Shown here: positions 28,491 to 37,374 of the stretch, piece after piece
How the letters are laid out: each line of letters starts with the position of its first letter
How positions within the stretch are numbered: the stretch's first letter is position 1
DNA from: Thermoproteota archaeon
GTDB taxonomy: Archaea > Korarchaeota > Korarchaeia > Korarchaeales > Korarchaeaceae
Length of the DNA stretch: 64,000 bases
Assembly (NCBI GenBank): GCA_027491395.1
Contig: JAOZFI010000017.1
Location: 29,672-93,671, forward strand
Direction: 5' to 3'
Made by a program: the position numbers and the translations under genes
Notes under the pieces: generated by a model
Databases searched by the model: none
What the model saw: only the letters and a program-made list of their open reading frames with translations
Told to the model about the DNA's origin: nothing

Positions 28491-29010
28491 TAGCATGATG
28501 ATCGTGGCTCTCTTAGGAGGTAGGAGGGATCTACTCTATAAACCGCTGGTCAACATGCTGGCCAGCTCCGGATACAGGGTCGCTGCGGCCGTTCAGCTGA
28601 GGAAGGTCGGACTCGCCAAGGACATGAGGGAGCTGGCTGAAGCAGGAGCCGGTCTGATAGTGGCACATTCAACCAACAGGGTGGTCCTATCGACGACGTA
28701 CGTGCCAGACGCCTTGGATGAGATCAGCAAGATGGTGGGCTGCCTTGCACCTGTGGGTCCCGATGCCCTCATCCTACTCGGATTCCAGAAGTTGGTGCGA
28801 GACGATGAGAGGGTTCTAAAAGCCTTAGCTGTTTGGAGCGCCAAGGAAGCCGAGTCCCTACTTGCCGAGATCGCCCCTCCAGTAGTAGGAGTGTACTCCG
28901 AGAGAAGGGACTATCTTGGGGGGTACTCCACACCGGATGAGCTGGCAAATGCTATAGTAGATGAGGGGATGAAAAGAAGACTAATCCAACCGAGAGTCAG
29001 GAAGGCCTGA
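28471..29010 (+). CDS. MobB-like protein lacking Walker A
   Basis: [17 protein letters not shown]...[22 protein letters not shown] resemble MobB, but GKT is absent. Confidence 0.5.
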   Translation: MTGGRDDSMMIVALLGGRRDLLYKPLVNMLASSGYRVAAAVQLRKVGLAKDMRELAEAGAGLIVAHSTNRVVLSTTYVPDALDEISKMVGCLAPVGPDALILLGFQKLVRDDERVLKALAVWSAKEAESLLAEIAPPVVGVYSERRDYLGGYSTPDELANAIVDEGMKRRLIQPRVRKA

Positions 29011-29033
29011 GCACTGATCAGGGGACCTTCCTG

Positions 29034-29216
29034 ATGAGGAGGACTCATCTAGTCTTCGCAGCGTTCGTCCTCTACTGGATCTCCCTGCTACTCAGGTGGA
29101 GGTTGGATTCGATCTTATCCTCTGTATGTCTGATAGCATTTCTTTTCCCAAATCTTGATTATTATCTGAGGAGCCTTCCCCTAGTTGAGCACAGGAAGAC
29201 CCTCCACAACGTCTAG
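29034..29216 (+). pseudogene. Truncated metal-dependent membrane hydrolase (YdjM/DUF457-like)
   Basis: MRRTH..., FPNLD, HRKTLHN motifs followed by TAG after 60 codons. Confidence 0.65.
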
Positions 29217-29279
29217 GTCCTATCGATCACGACGTACATGCTCCATCTGTATAGGCTCCCAGCTCCTTGATGATTGCGC

Positions 29280-29722
29280 GCTGCTTTATAATTCACTGAC
29301 AAACCTCCTCGCCAGCTCCGGGTATAGGGTTACCACTGCTATCCAGCTGAGAAAAGTAAGCATGATAGAGGAAATGATAGAGCTGGTCGAGGCCGGAGCA
29401 GGACTGATCATGGCCCATTCCATCAACAAAACTCCACTCTCCACTACCTACATTCCGAACACTTTGGAAGAAGTAAAAAGGATCATAAGCTGCTTAACTC
29501 CTGTTGATCCCGATGCCTTAATCCTGCTGGGATTTCATAAACTCGTAAATGGAGAGGAGAAGTACTCAAGGCGCTCGCCGTGTGGAGCTTGAATGAGGCG
29601 AAATCGCTCCCATAAGAGCTCTCCTCTCCCATTATGGGGGTGTACTCAGACAGGAGGGATTATGAGAGGGGTACAAGTCTCCTGAGGAACTCGCGAGGGC
29701 TATCGTCTAGGAGGGGATGATA
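29280..29722 (+). pseudogene. Degenerate tandem paralogue of 28471..29010
   Basis: [29 protein letters not shown], then frameshift to [33 protein letters not shown], then second frameshift to KSPEELARAIV*EGM. Confidence 0.85.
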
Positions 29723-30096
29723 CTTCCTAGGATCCTCAGATTCAGATCCTAACACCGGCAAAGTGGAGGCGTAGGGTATCATCTCTTATTCGCAGACTTT
29801 TCATGTAAGTTGTCGTCATTCGCCTAGGAGCGCCTATCTATTGGGCTCTCTTTTCTTTTATCTTGTTATATTACATCTCCCCAAAACTTACTAGATTACT
29901 ATCTAGAGAAGTTTGCTTTAATTAAGCATAGAAAGGATATTTAGAGCGTTTGGGCTTCGCTGCTGATCTCTCTTCTTTTAACATATAAGGCTCTGTTATA
30001 CAGCGAATTACCGAGTACACTGGGCGTCTATTGCTCGATCCCCTCACTAAGTAGAGAGATAAAGGACCCTAAGCTATGGGTTAGTGGATGTGAAAT

Positions 30097-30137
30097 TTCT
30101 AATTAGAATTTCTTTACGGAACAAAAACTTTATAAAA
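30097..30137 (+). promoter_or_regulatory. Palindrome TTCTAATTAGAA plus TATA box TTTATAAAA
   Basis: Perfect 12-bp palindrome 30097-30108; TATA at about 30129-30137, ~25 nt before ORF 30160. Confidence 0.55.
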
Positions 30138-30159
30138 CATAAAGTAGTTATATTAGACG

Positions 30160-30534
30160 GTGATAGCGTTGTTACATGAAGGAAACCGTGGAATATCATT
30201 TATGTTAGTTGCCTTAATAGCCGTGTTAGTTATAGCTATTCCCTCTGTTACTCAAGTAAAGGCATCGCCGAATAGCTACGATTTTGAACCCGAGACCATC
30301 TACTCGTGCTTTACCGATCACAGGCTTTTACCACCTGGAGGGGGAGATGTGGTCAGATATAGGATAGAGTATCCTTACTCAGAACTTGTTAGTGTTAGAG
30401 TTATCTACGCATCTCATGATGATTACTATTGGGGATGGCGATGGGATCACCACTATCTTAGGATAGTCATAATAAATTACTCTGAAGCGCTTCCACTATA
30501 CATAAAATGGAGAATTTGTGTGATATATCACTGA
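30160..30534 (+). CDS. Small secreted Tyr/Trp-rich protein
   Basis: Hydrophobic signal peptide ending VKA|SP; mature part ~90 aa with 2 Cys. Confidence 0.65.
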   Translation: MIALLHEGNRGISFMLVALIAVLVIAIPSVTQVKASPNSYDFEPETIYSCFTDHRLLPPGGGDVVRYRIEYPYSELVSVRVIYASHDDYYWGWRWDHHYLRIVIINYSEALPLYIKWRICVIYH

Positions 30535-30555
30535 GACTAGATAGGGGATGTTTTC

Positions 30556-31284
30556 ATGAAGAGAAAATTGAGCCTATCAATTATGACTTCCCTTTTAGTG
30601 ATACTTCTGCTTATTCTTTCACTGCTGAATCCAGCATGGGTATTTGGAAAGGGATACCCATACCTGATATCCACCTATAAGATGAATGACATTGATTCAA
30701 TCCTCAAAAAGCTCGAAAAATACGGGATACCCTATACAACTCTCTTAAGAGTGAAGGGGTCCCTCCCCAGCGAGGTACTCATGGCCACGGACGAAGGTGC
30801 TTTTATTGAATCGCTCCTATCTGGGAGTGGGAATATCCAGTCCAAGGTCGATTTAGAGAATTTCCATCTGGCAGTGGATGTGTTAGGCATGGACAGAGCG
30901 ACCATGGCTATGCTATTCGGATATAATTACCTGCTCAGCAGCCCACAGGACTGTATAGTATCAAAACCGCTTTTCGAGGCCCTAAAAAAAGCTTATGGGA
31001 AGAAGATGGGAGATTGGATAGAGGTCGATGTTTACACGGGAGTATCCCACCTGAATCTCTCATGCAGGATGATAAGCACATTCCCCGAGAAGAATCTCAT
31101 GCTATCCTATATTGTAGCTATGGATAGGGGATATCTGGAGAGCGCGGTTTATCCACTCAAAGACTCTCATTGGTTTAATCAGTTTGCTGATGAGGTCATT
31201 CTAGTCTATGTGGACGGCGTCGACGAGCTAAGAGAGGTAGAAAAGGCAGTAGGATGCAGCGATTGCTTAGTACCGATAGGATGA
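30556..31284 (+). CDS. Membrane-anchored protein resembling a stand-alone MacB-type extracytoplasmic domain
   Basis: N-terminal TM; VDVLGMD..CIVSKPLFEAL...KMGDWIEV..VAMDRGYL..ILVYV; GGGGA RBS. Confidence 0.5.
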   Translation: MKRKLSLSIMTSLLVILLLILSLLNPAWVFGKGYPYLISTYKMNDIDSILKKLEKYGIPYTTLLRVKGSLPSEVLMATDEGAFIESLLSGSGNIQSKVDLENFHLAVDVLGMDRATMAMLFGYNYLLSSPQDCIVSKPLFEALKKAYGKKMGDWIEVDVYTGVSHLNLSCRMISTFPEKNLMLSYIVAMDRGYLESAVYPLKDSHWFNQFADEVILVYVDGVDELREVEKAVGCSDCLVPIG

Positions 31285-31428
31285 ATGAGACACTCGCCTA
31301 AGCCCCCTCTCTTTGTCCATCTTTTGATCATGAAAACTCCTTTGTGGAGCCACCTCGGACCTAGTTTGCTATGCTACACTTAGCGCGATTCCTAAGCTAA
31401 ACCTTAAGTAGGAGAGGAGATCGAATGG

Positions 31429-31764
31429 GTGATCCAAATGCTGGAACTCTACTTGGAGGTGACCGAGGTCAGGAAGACTCCCTCTGGGATAGTCCTCTCC
31501 CTCAGCAGGCCTAGAGGCGTGGAGGAGGTCCCACCTCCGGAGAGCGAGGAGGAGGCTATGATGTTCCAGGTAGTCAGGGCCATGGAGAAGTACATGAAAA
31601 TCCCCCTGCCCATGGGCCAAGTGCAGATGCCCACCGTTACAATAACCCTCACGATAGACGAGTACGAGACTCTCGGCAGACCTACCGTAGGAGATATGCT
31701 GAAGCTCACCATGAAGAAAGGGGAGGTCAGGACATTCTCCCCGGACAGCGGCATGGAGTACTGA
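31429..31764 (+). CDS. Arcadin-1-like protein
   Basis: PPPESEEEAMMFQVVRAM..P.P...PTVTITLTIDEYETLGRPTVGDML matches recalled arcadin-1 pattern (PRITLWLTEEE..G...VGD). Confidence 0.6.
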   Translation: MIQMLELYLEVTEVRKTPSGIVLSLSRPRGVEEVPPPESEEEAMMFQVVRAMEKYMKIPLPMGQVQMPTVTITLTIDEYETLGRPTVGDMLKLTMKKGEVRTFSPDSGMEY

Positions 31765-31806
31765 TTAAAGGGAACTGTTTTAACGGATCACCGTCCAATC
31801 TAATCG

Positions 31807-32103
31807 ATGTCGATAGAGGAAGCTATAACCGTAAGCAAGAAGGGTAAGAGGGAGATTAGGACAATCGTTTCTAGGGGGAGGTTCGCTCTGATAGAGTACA
31901 GGGATCCGATAACCAAGGAGAGAACGGAGGACAAGTACAAGCTTGTCCTCTACCACGACGACGGAAGAGTAGATGAGTACTTCATAATCCCAACTAGGAC
32001 GCCACACCGTCAACTCCTGATAGAGCCCAAGGAGAAGAAGGGTATGAAGCTGAAGGTTTGGAACCCGAAGACGAATCAAATCGAGGACATGTTTCCCGAG
32101 TAA
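31807..32103 (+). CDS. Hypothetical basic, beta-rich protein
   Basis: 98-aa ORF with genome-typical codon usage; TATA-like TTTTAA about 25 nt upstream. Confidence 0.75.
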   Translation: MSIEEAITVSKKGKREIRTIVSRGRFALIEYRDPITKERTEDKYKLVLYHDDGRVDEYFIIPTRTPHRQLLIEPKEKKGMKLKVWNPKTNQIEDMFPE

Positions 32104-32113
32104 AAATAGAGAA

Positions 32114-32545
32114 TTAGGAGGGAGCGAGCACCTCCAGCAGCAACCAAGCAACGTCTATTATATCTCTCATCGTGATCATGCCGATAGGCTTGCCTTCCCC
32201 GTCCACCACCGGTAGGTGCTTAATGTCAGCATCTCTCATCTTCTTCATGGCATCGATCACCAGATCGCTGGGCGAGATGGTTATTGGATTCTCGGTCATG
32301 AGCATATGAATTGGAAGTCCCTTCCCCACCTTGCCCTCAGCCACGGCGAACCTCAGATCCCTGTCGGTGAATATGCCCACAAGCTTACCGTCCTTATCCA
32401 CGACCATCACGCTGCTGATCCTGTTGTCGTCCATCACCTTAGCGGCCTGCTCTATAGGGGTTTCCTTATCCACCGTTATGGGAGGGGTGCTCATCACATC
32501 CTCCACCCTCAGGGGGAGGTGCCTCTTTCTCCTCAAGAGCGGCAA
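32114..32545 (-). CDS. CBS-domain pair protein
   Basis: VEDVMS.PPITV, LVGIFTDRDL, MTENPITI, HLPVVD..GMITMRDI. Confidence 0.92.
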   Translation of the reverse strand: MPLLRRKRHLPLRVEDVMSTPPITVDKETPIEQAAKVMDDNRISSVMVVDKDGKLVGIFTDRDLRFAVAEGKVGKGLPIHMLMTENPITISPSDLVIDAMKKMRDADIKHLPVVDGEGKPIGMITMRDIIDVAWLLLEVLAPS

Positions 32546-32608
32546 TATCCCACCTCCGCTAGAAATACTCTGTTCATAGCTAAAACCTTTTACAAGCGGG
32601 GGGAGCGC

Positions 32609-33652
32609 TCATGAGATGACCTCTCCCACGTTATCGGGGATCCGGTAACCCCTCAGCTCAGAGGCCGACCTCCTCACATCTCCCGATTTGAGTCTGTGGA
32701 GGAACTCCTTTATAGAGGGTTTCTTGAACGATTCTTTCCGTACGACGAAATCGTAACTCTCCCACATGACCCGCAGGAATCCCAAACCGAAAGATTCCGC
32801 CACCTCCCTTATGCCGAACCCAACGTCAGCCTCACCCTTGACTATTTTCTTCGCCACTCCCACGTGAGTTCTGACCTGAACATCGTATCCCTTCACTAAC
32901 TTGGACGGGTCGGTCTCCTCGAGACCCATCCTCCTCATCTCCATTATCAACATTCTATCTGCCAACAACCTAGTGGCTGATCCGGGAGACATGTTGATGT
33001 ACCTTAACCCCCTCTCTATGATGTCGGATATGCACTCCAGTCCTGCATCCTCCCTGAACATTACCCCTAACTCCCTGTCGTACCCCCTAATTAATGCCAC
33101 CGTTTTTGACAGCCAGAACCTGCCGATGAACGGTTTGTTGAAGTCGCCGCTTTCGGGGTCGTAAAGGTGAACGGCCGCTATGTCTGCCTCACCCGTGATG
33201 AGTTTAGCTATTCCTCCGAGAGAACCGCTCCATGTGAGATCTATTTTATCCCTTAGGGTTTCCACGACCTTCTCCAACAGGGGATCATACCCTCCAGCTA
33301 AGGTGGACTCCTTCCTGGGTTCGGTCCTGCCTTCGGTCAGATTCTCCATGTAGAGGTCGAGGAGCTCCTTTCCTACATCTGTCAGGACGGCACCGCCACC
33401 CTTCGATCCCCCTCGCCTCACTGATATTAGCTTCTCCCCCAACAGTTCCTCTACCCTATTGATTTTGCTCCAGACCCAAGAATAGGATATACCTTGGGAT
33501 CTAGCGGCAGCGAGAAGGGATCCCCTCCTCTCGACCTCTTCGAGTATCTTGACGAGTCTCGCATCCAAAATTACATGCCCTCTATATAGCAGCATCACAT
33601 CTTTGCGAACCCTTATCTCCCTCAGCTTCTTTCTCAGTTCCGTTTCCATCAT
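32609..33652 (-). CDS. ModE-type HTH plus PBP-like domain transcriptional regulator
   Basis: GSLLAAARSQGISYSWVW..RRGGSKGGGAVLT; GSLGGI..GEADIAAVHL, PGSATR, TH.GVA..G.ADVGFG, ESYDFV. Confidence 0.85.
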   Translation of the reverse strand: MMETELRKKLREIRVRKDVMLLYRGHVILDARLVKILEEVERRGSLLAAARSQGISYSWVWSKINRVEELLGEKLISVRRGGSKGGGAVLTDVGKELLDLYMENLTEGRTEPRKESTLAGGYDPLLEKVVETLRDKIDLTWSGSLGGIAKLITGEADIAAVHLYDPESGDFNKPFIGRFWLSKTVALIRGYDRELGVMFREDAGLECISDIIERGLRYINMSPGSATRLLADRMLIMEMRRMGLEETDPSKLVKGYDVQVRTHVGVAKKIVKGEADVGFGIREVAESFGLGFLRVMWESYDFVVRKESFKKPSIKEFLHRLKSGDVRRSASELRGYRIPDNVGEVIS

Positions 33653-33753
33653 TATTCGGGACAGCCTACAGGGATTTCTAATAATTCTAGTGGTGAGGAT
33701 AATGACACGCGTGAAACGCTATTCACGCTACCAATAACCACGGGATCTCTAAG

Positions 33754-34575
33754 CTAGGGACGACTGCTCCTAGAATTCGTACGTTCGAGTCTATCTAGGA
33801 GATCCTCAAACCTCAGCACGGGAGGATCGGCGGGGAAGATCATCCTAGAAACTGAAGGGACCAGTGGAGGCCTTATCCCAATCTCACGAAGCTCTTCCAC
33901 TCTCACCAGCAGGTCGGAAGCTAAGCCACTCATGACCAGCTCGCCATTCTTCAGAATGTGGACTGTATCGGAGATCTCGGCGGCCATGTCGGAGTTCTGG
34001 GAACTGATTACTACGATTCTATTCCTCTCCTTGAAGAGCTTTATAAGCTCGAGGAGATGCTCCGTTCCTTCTGCATCGAGAGAAGACCAAGGTTCATCCA
34101 GAAGAAGGACCTCGGGATCGTGGGCGAGGAGCCCCGCTAAGATCACCTTGGCGGCCTGTCCCCTGCTCAATCTCAGTGGAGATTTTGACGCTAGGTCCTC
34201 TATCCCGAAGAACCGGAGGGCCTCCTCGACCCTGCTCATCACCTCTCCCTCATCCAATCCAAGCTGCTTAGGCGCCAGAGCGACATCCTCCCATACAGTT
34301 GGAGCTAGGAGCTGATCTCTAGGATCTTGAAACAGTATTCCGCAGTGTTTTCTGAACCAATTTCCTAGGGGCTTTCCATAGAAGGTCACCCCCCCTTCGG
34401 TTGGAGTCAGGAGGCCAGCCATCAAGAGGAGCAGAGTGGTCTTTCCCGAGCCGTTAGGTCCCAGAACGAATGCTATCTCTCCCGACCTGACCTCTAAGTT
34501 CACATCCCTTAGAGCAGGCGTTCCGTCTGGATAGGAGTAGCTGACATTCCTCAGGGAAAGTATCACAGGACCCAC
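33754..34575 (-). CDS. nikO: ECF transporter ATPase (CbiO/NikO)
   Basis: GPNGSGKTT, FQDPRDQL..PTV.EDVA, LLDEP. Confidence 0.88.
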   Translation of the reverse strand: MGPVILSLRNVSYSYPDGTPALRDVNLEVRSGEIAFVLGPNGSGKTTLLLLMAGLLTPTEGGVTFYGKPLGNWFRKHCGILFQDPRDQLLAPTVWEDVALAPKQLGLDEGEVMSRVEEALRFFGIEDLASKSPLRLSRGQAAKVILAGLLAHDPEVLLLDEPWSSLDAEGTEHLLELIKLFKERNRIVVISSQNSDMAAEISDTVHILKNGELVMSGLASDLLVRVEELREIGIRPPLVPSVSRMIFPADPPVLRFEDLLDRLERTNSRSSRP

Positions 34576-35291
34576 CTCGCGCAGGACATGGATATGGAGA
34601 GGAGGAATACCGCAATCAAAATGATATCCCTCTTCTCAAGGGAACTATCGGGTATGGAGTTCCATACTCTCGATCTCTTGGCCAGGGAGATGGAGAAAGC
34701 TCTCTCCCTCCCGCGGTTGAGCAGTTCAGAGGCCGCGAGTGATATAACCTCGTACCCCATAGAAGGACTCTCGTCGAAGTTCCTGGATCCCTTTGCAATT
34801 ATCAGCCAACCTACATTCCTCAAATAGTACGAGATCTGCCCGAGCATTATGTCTAAAGATTCGGGGAGCTGGGGAGCTATCAATGCAAGCCCCTCAAGTA
34901 TGGACTTGATCCCCAAGAGGGTCGCGGAAGCTTCTAGGACTAGGAGGCTGGACAGGACCCTGAGAGGCGTCATTAGGGGATCTAGGGACCCGGACAGGTA
35001 CACCTTGGGGAGCATTATCACCGAGGTGAAGATCGCCCACATCATCGAGATCTTCAGGAACCTCGTCCACGCGCGGCCAATGAGCCAAAATCCCCATAGG
35101 GTGGATACGATGGAGAGGTACGCGAGCTGGATCACATCGGAGGAGAATGAGGGGATAGATGCCAGAAAAACGGTTATGGGGAGGGATAGAATCGGGGAGA
35201 CGTTTACCTTTCCCCTGAGCAGTTCGAAGGACGTTACCCAGTCTCCCAGTCTCCTCATCAGACCGGTAAAGGTCTTCTCCAACCATGTCAA
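34563..35291 (-). CDS. nikQ: ECF transporter T component (CbiQ/NikQ-like)
   Basis: Multi-TM protein with AKGSR and AKRSR motifs, between NikN and NikO. Confidence 0.7.
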   Translation of the reverse strand: MTWLEKTFTGLMRRLGDWVTSFELLRGKVNVSPILSLPITVFLASIPSFSSDVIQLAYLSIVSTLWGFWLIGRAWTRFLKISMMWAIFTSVIMLPKVYLSGSLDPLMTPLRVLSSLLVLEASATLLGIKSILEGLALIAPQLPESLDIMLGQISYYLRNVGWLIIAKGSRNFDESPSMGYEVISLAASELLNRGRERAFSISLAKRSRVWNSIPDSSLEKRDIILIAVFLLSISMSCARWVL

Positions 35292-35554
35292 TCTCTTCTA
35301 CCCCTCAGCAAGGCGGGCAGTAGGAGGACCCCTACACCAACAAACCCCGATATCATGTATCCCATCACATCCGGTACACCAGGTACCGTGTAGTCCGGGA
35401 AGATCCCCGTCCAGATAGGTTCACTCTCGCCAAGCCCGATCAGTTCCGCGGCTACATCCAGTGGCTCGTGATATCCTACAATATCTGCCCCGATTACCCC
35501 GAAGATGGGGCTCACGAGGACCAATATAAGTATCAAGAGATAGGGTCTGCTCAC
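35288..35554 (-). CDS. PDGLE-domain (NikN-like) component
   Basis: HEPLDVAAE, FPDYTVPG, two TM helices. Confidence 0.8.
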   Translation of the reverse strand: MSRPYLLILILVLVSPIFGVIGADIVGYHEPLDVAAELIGLGESEPIWTGIFPDYTVPGVPDVMGYMISGFVGVGVLLLPALLRGRRD

Positions 35555-36156
35555 TTACCGATCACCCTCACCCGGCTGACGATGAACCCAGTGGCCACCC
35601 CTTCCACCAGTCCTAGGAGGAGGTGCCAAGTCCCTATAACGGGAACGGTCACGCTCAGCGGATAGCCGAACTGAGGAGAGAGTCCTATCTCCACCCCACA
35701 GACTACGGCGGCTGCAGCTATGGCCAGCCAACCTGCGAGGAAACCGGCTAAGAATTTCTTTCCACCCGATATGCGCATCACCATCTTGTAAATGAGGTAG
35801 CCTAGGAATACATCCACCACGGCCATGTTGAATGCGTTCGCGCCCAGCGCGGTGATCCCCCCGTCACCCATGAGGATGCACTGGACAAGCAGGTTCATGA
35901 ACATGGCCAAACATCCACCGAATGGGCCCAATAGAATGCCAGCAAGAGCTCCTCCCACTAGGTGCGCGGAGGTTCCTCCGGGTATCGGCCAGTTCAGCAT
36001 CTGGGCAGCGAAGATACCTGCTGCCATCACCGATAAGTAGTAGATATCACCTCCCTCCTTGAAATACCTCCTTCCCGAGTACGTGACCACAAGTAGGGAA
36101 ATGATGTAGAGGGACAGGGCTACTGGGGGGCTCAGGAATCCATCAGGTATGTGCAC
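35551..36156 (-). CDS. nikM: ECF S component CbiM/NikM
   Basis: GTG start gives MHIPDGFL; GGTSAHLVG, GDGGITALGAN, H..G.VEG. Confidence 0.92.
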   Translation of the reverse strand: MHIPDGFLSPPVALSLYIISLLVVTYSGRRYFKEGGDIYYLSVMAAGIFAAQMLNWPIPGGTSAHLVGGALAGILLGPFGGCLAMFMNLLVQCILMGDGGITALGANAFNMAVVDVFLGYLIYKMVMRISGGKKFLAGFLAGWLAIAAAAVVCGVEIGLSPQFGYPLSVTVPVIGTWHLLLGLVEGVATGFIVSRVRVIGK

Positions 36157-36192
36157 GGTGCATCCCCTTACAGCTCCGGGGAACACTCATAA

Positions 36193-36221
36193 GTATTACC
36201 AAATGTATGTTATAGTGTTAC
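36193..36221. promoter_or_regulatory. Candidate NikR-type operator GTATTAC-N15-GTGTTAC
   Basis: GTAnnAC/GTnnTAC dyad directly upstream of nikM. Confidence 0.55.
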
Positions 36222-36222
36222 T

Positions 36223-37374
36223 TTAAGGTCGAGAGAACTCTTCCCTGAGCCCCCTGAGCAGCTCATCACCACCGTACTTGGCCCATATGAGGCACGTACC
36301 CTCCGATGAGACCATGCAGGGACCATAAGGCCTCTCAGGCGTGCATATTTTCTTGAATAGGGGACAATCGGTGGGTTTGGCCATGCCTAGAGTGACCTCA
36401 GCACACCTGCACCCGGGTGGGAGGTCCTCCATCCACCTCTCCTCAGATAGCTCTGGTATACCGTACTTGAGTAGAGCATCGTACCTCTTGTAAGCATCCT
36501 TCAATTGGAGGCCGCTATCGGGAACAAAGCCTATCCCCCTCCATCCAGCGTCGACCACTTCGCATGTGGATTTCATGACCTCCTTAGCCCTCAAGTTCCC
36601 CTCCCACCTAACCACTCTCGAGTACTCGTTGACCAACTCAGCGCGACCTTCCCTTATCTGCCTCAATATCTCCAGTATGGAGAGGAGCACATCCACCGGC
36701 TCAAAACCTGACACTACAACTGGAATTCCGTAGTCCTTGGCCACGAACTCCCACTCTGATGCACCAGTTATGGCCGAAACATGCCCGGGAGCTATTATCC
36801 CCCTTATAGGCGATTGAGGATAGTTCTCTAGGACGTACTTGGTTATGGGCGGGGTCAGCCTATGGACGATGATGAAGCTCAGGTTATCCGGAACATCTCC
36901 CCTATGAATGGGGCCCAACGTAGCAGGAGCTGTGGTCTCGAAGCCGACGGCGAGGAAAATGGATTCCTTACCGTCTCCTGACAGCTTTATGGCATCGGCC
37001 ACACTGTAAACTATTTTAACGTCAGCTCCTTCTGATTTAGCCTCCTCCAAGTTCTTAGGAGCGCCTTTAGAGCTTCCTGATAACCTGTATACGTCTCCGA
37101 ATGTGAAAACCCTCACTCCCTCCATGGCAAACTTGACGGCGATTTCCACATAGTATCCCGGTGTGATGCAAACCGGGCATCCGGGGCCAGCGATGAGCTC
37201 AACGTTCTGGGGCATCAGGGACCTTATGCCGTAATGGGTGATGGTCCACTCGTGGGTTCCGCAGAAGTCCATTATCTTAACATGATCTTCCAGCTCGCTA
37301 GCTATCTTGGCAATCTCACCCACGATCAACCGGGAGATCTTGGGATCCCTATAGGGGCTGGAGATCTCCATCAT
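36223..37374 (-). CDS. hypD: Hydrogenase maturation protein HypD
   Basis: CGTHE, GPGCPVC, GFETT, PGHVS, GFEP, GPCMVSSEGTC. Confidence 0.97.
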   Translation of the reverse strand: MMEISSPYRDPKISRLIVGEIAKIASELEDHVKIMDFCGTHEWTITHYGIRSLMPQNVELIAGPGCPVCITPGYYVEIAVKFAMEGVRVFTFGDVYRLSGSSKGAPKNLEEAKSEGADVKIVYSVADAIKLSGDGKESIFLAVGFETTAPATLGPIHRGDVPDNLSFIIVHRLTPPITKYVLENYPQSPIRGIIAPGHVSAITGASEWEFVAKDYGIPVVVSGFEPVDVLLSILEILRQIREGRAELVNEYSRVVRWEGNLRAKEVMKSTCEVVDAGWRGIGFVPDSGLQLKDAYKRYDALLKYGIPELSEERWMEDLPPGCRCAEVTLGMAKPTDCPLFKKICTPERPYGPCMVSSEGTCLIWAKYGGDELLRGLREEFSRP

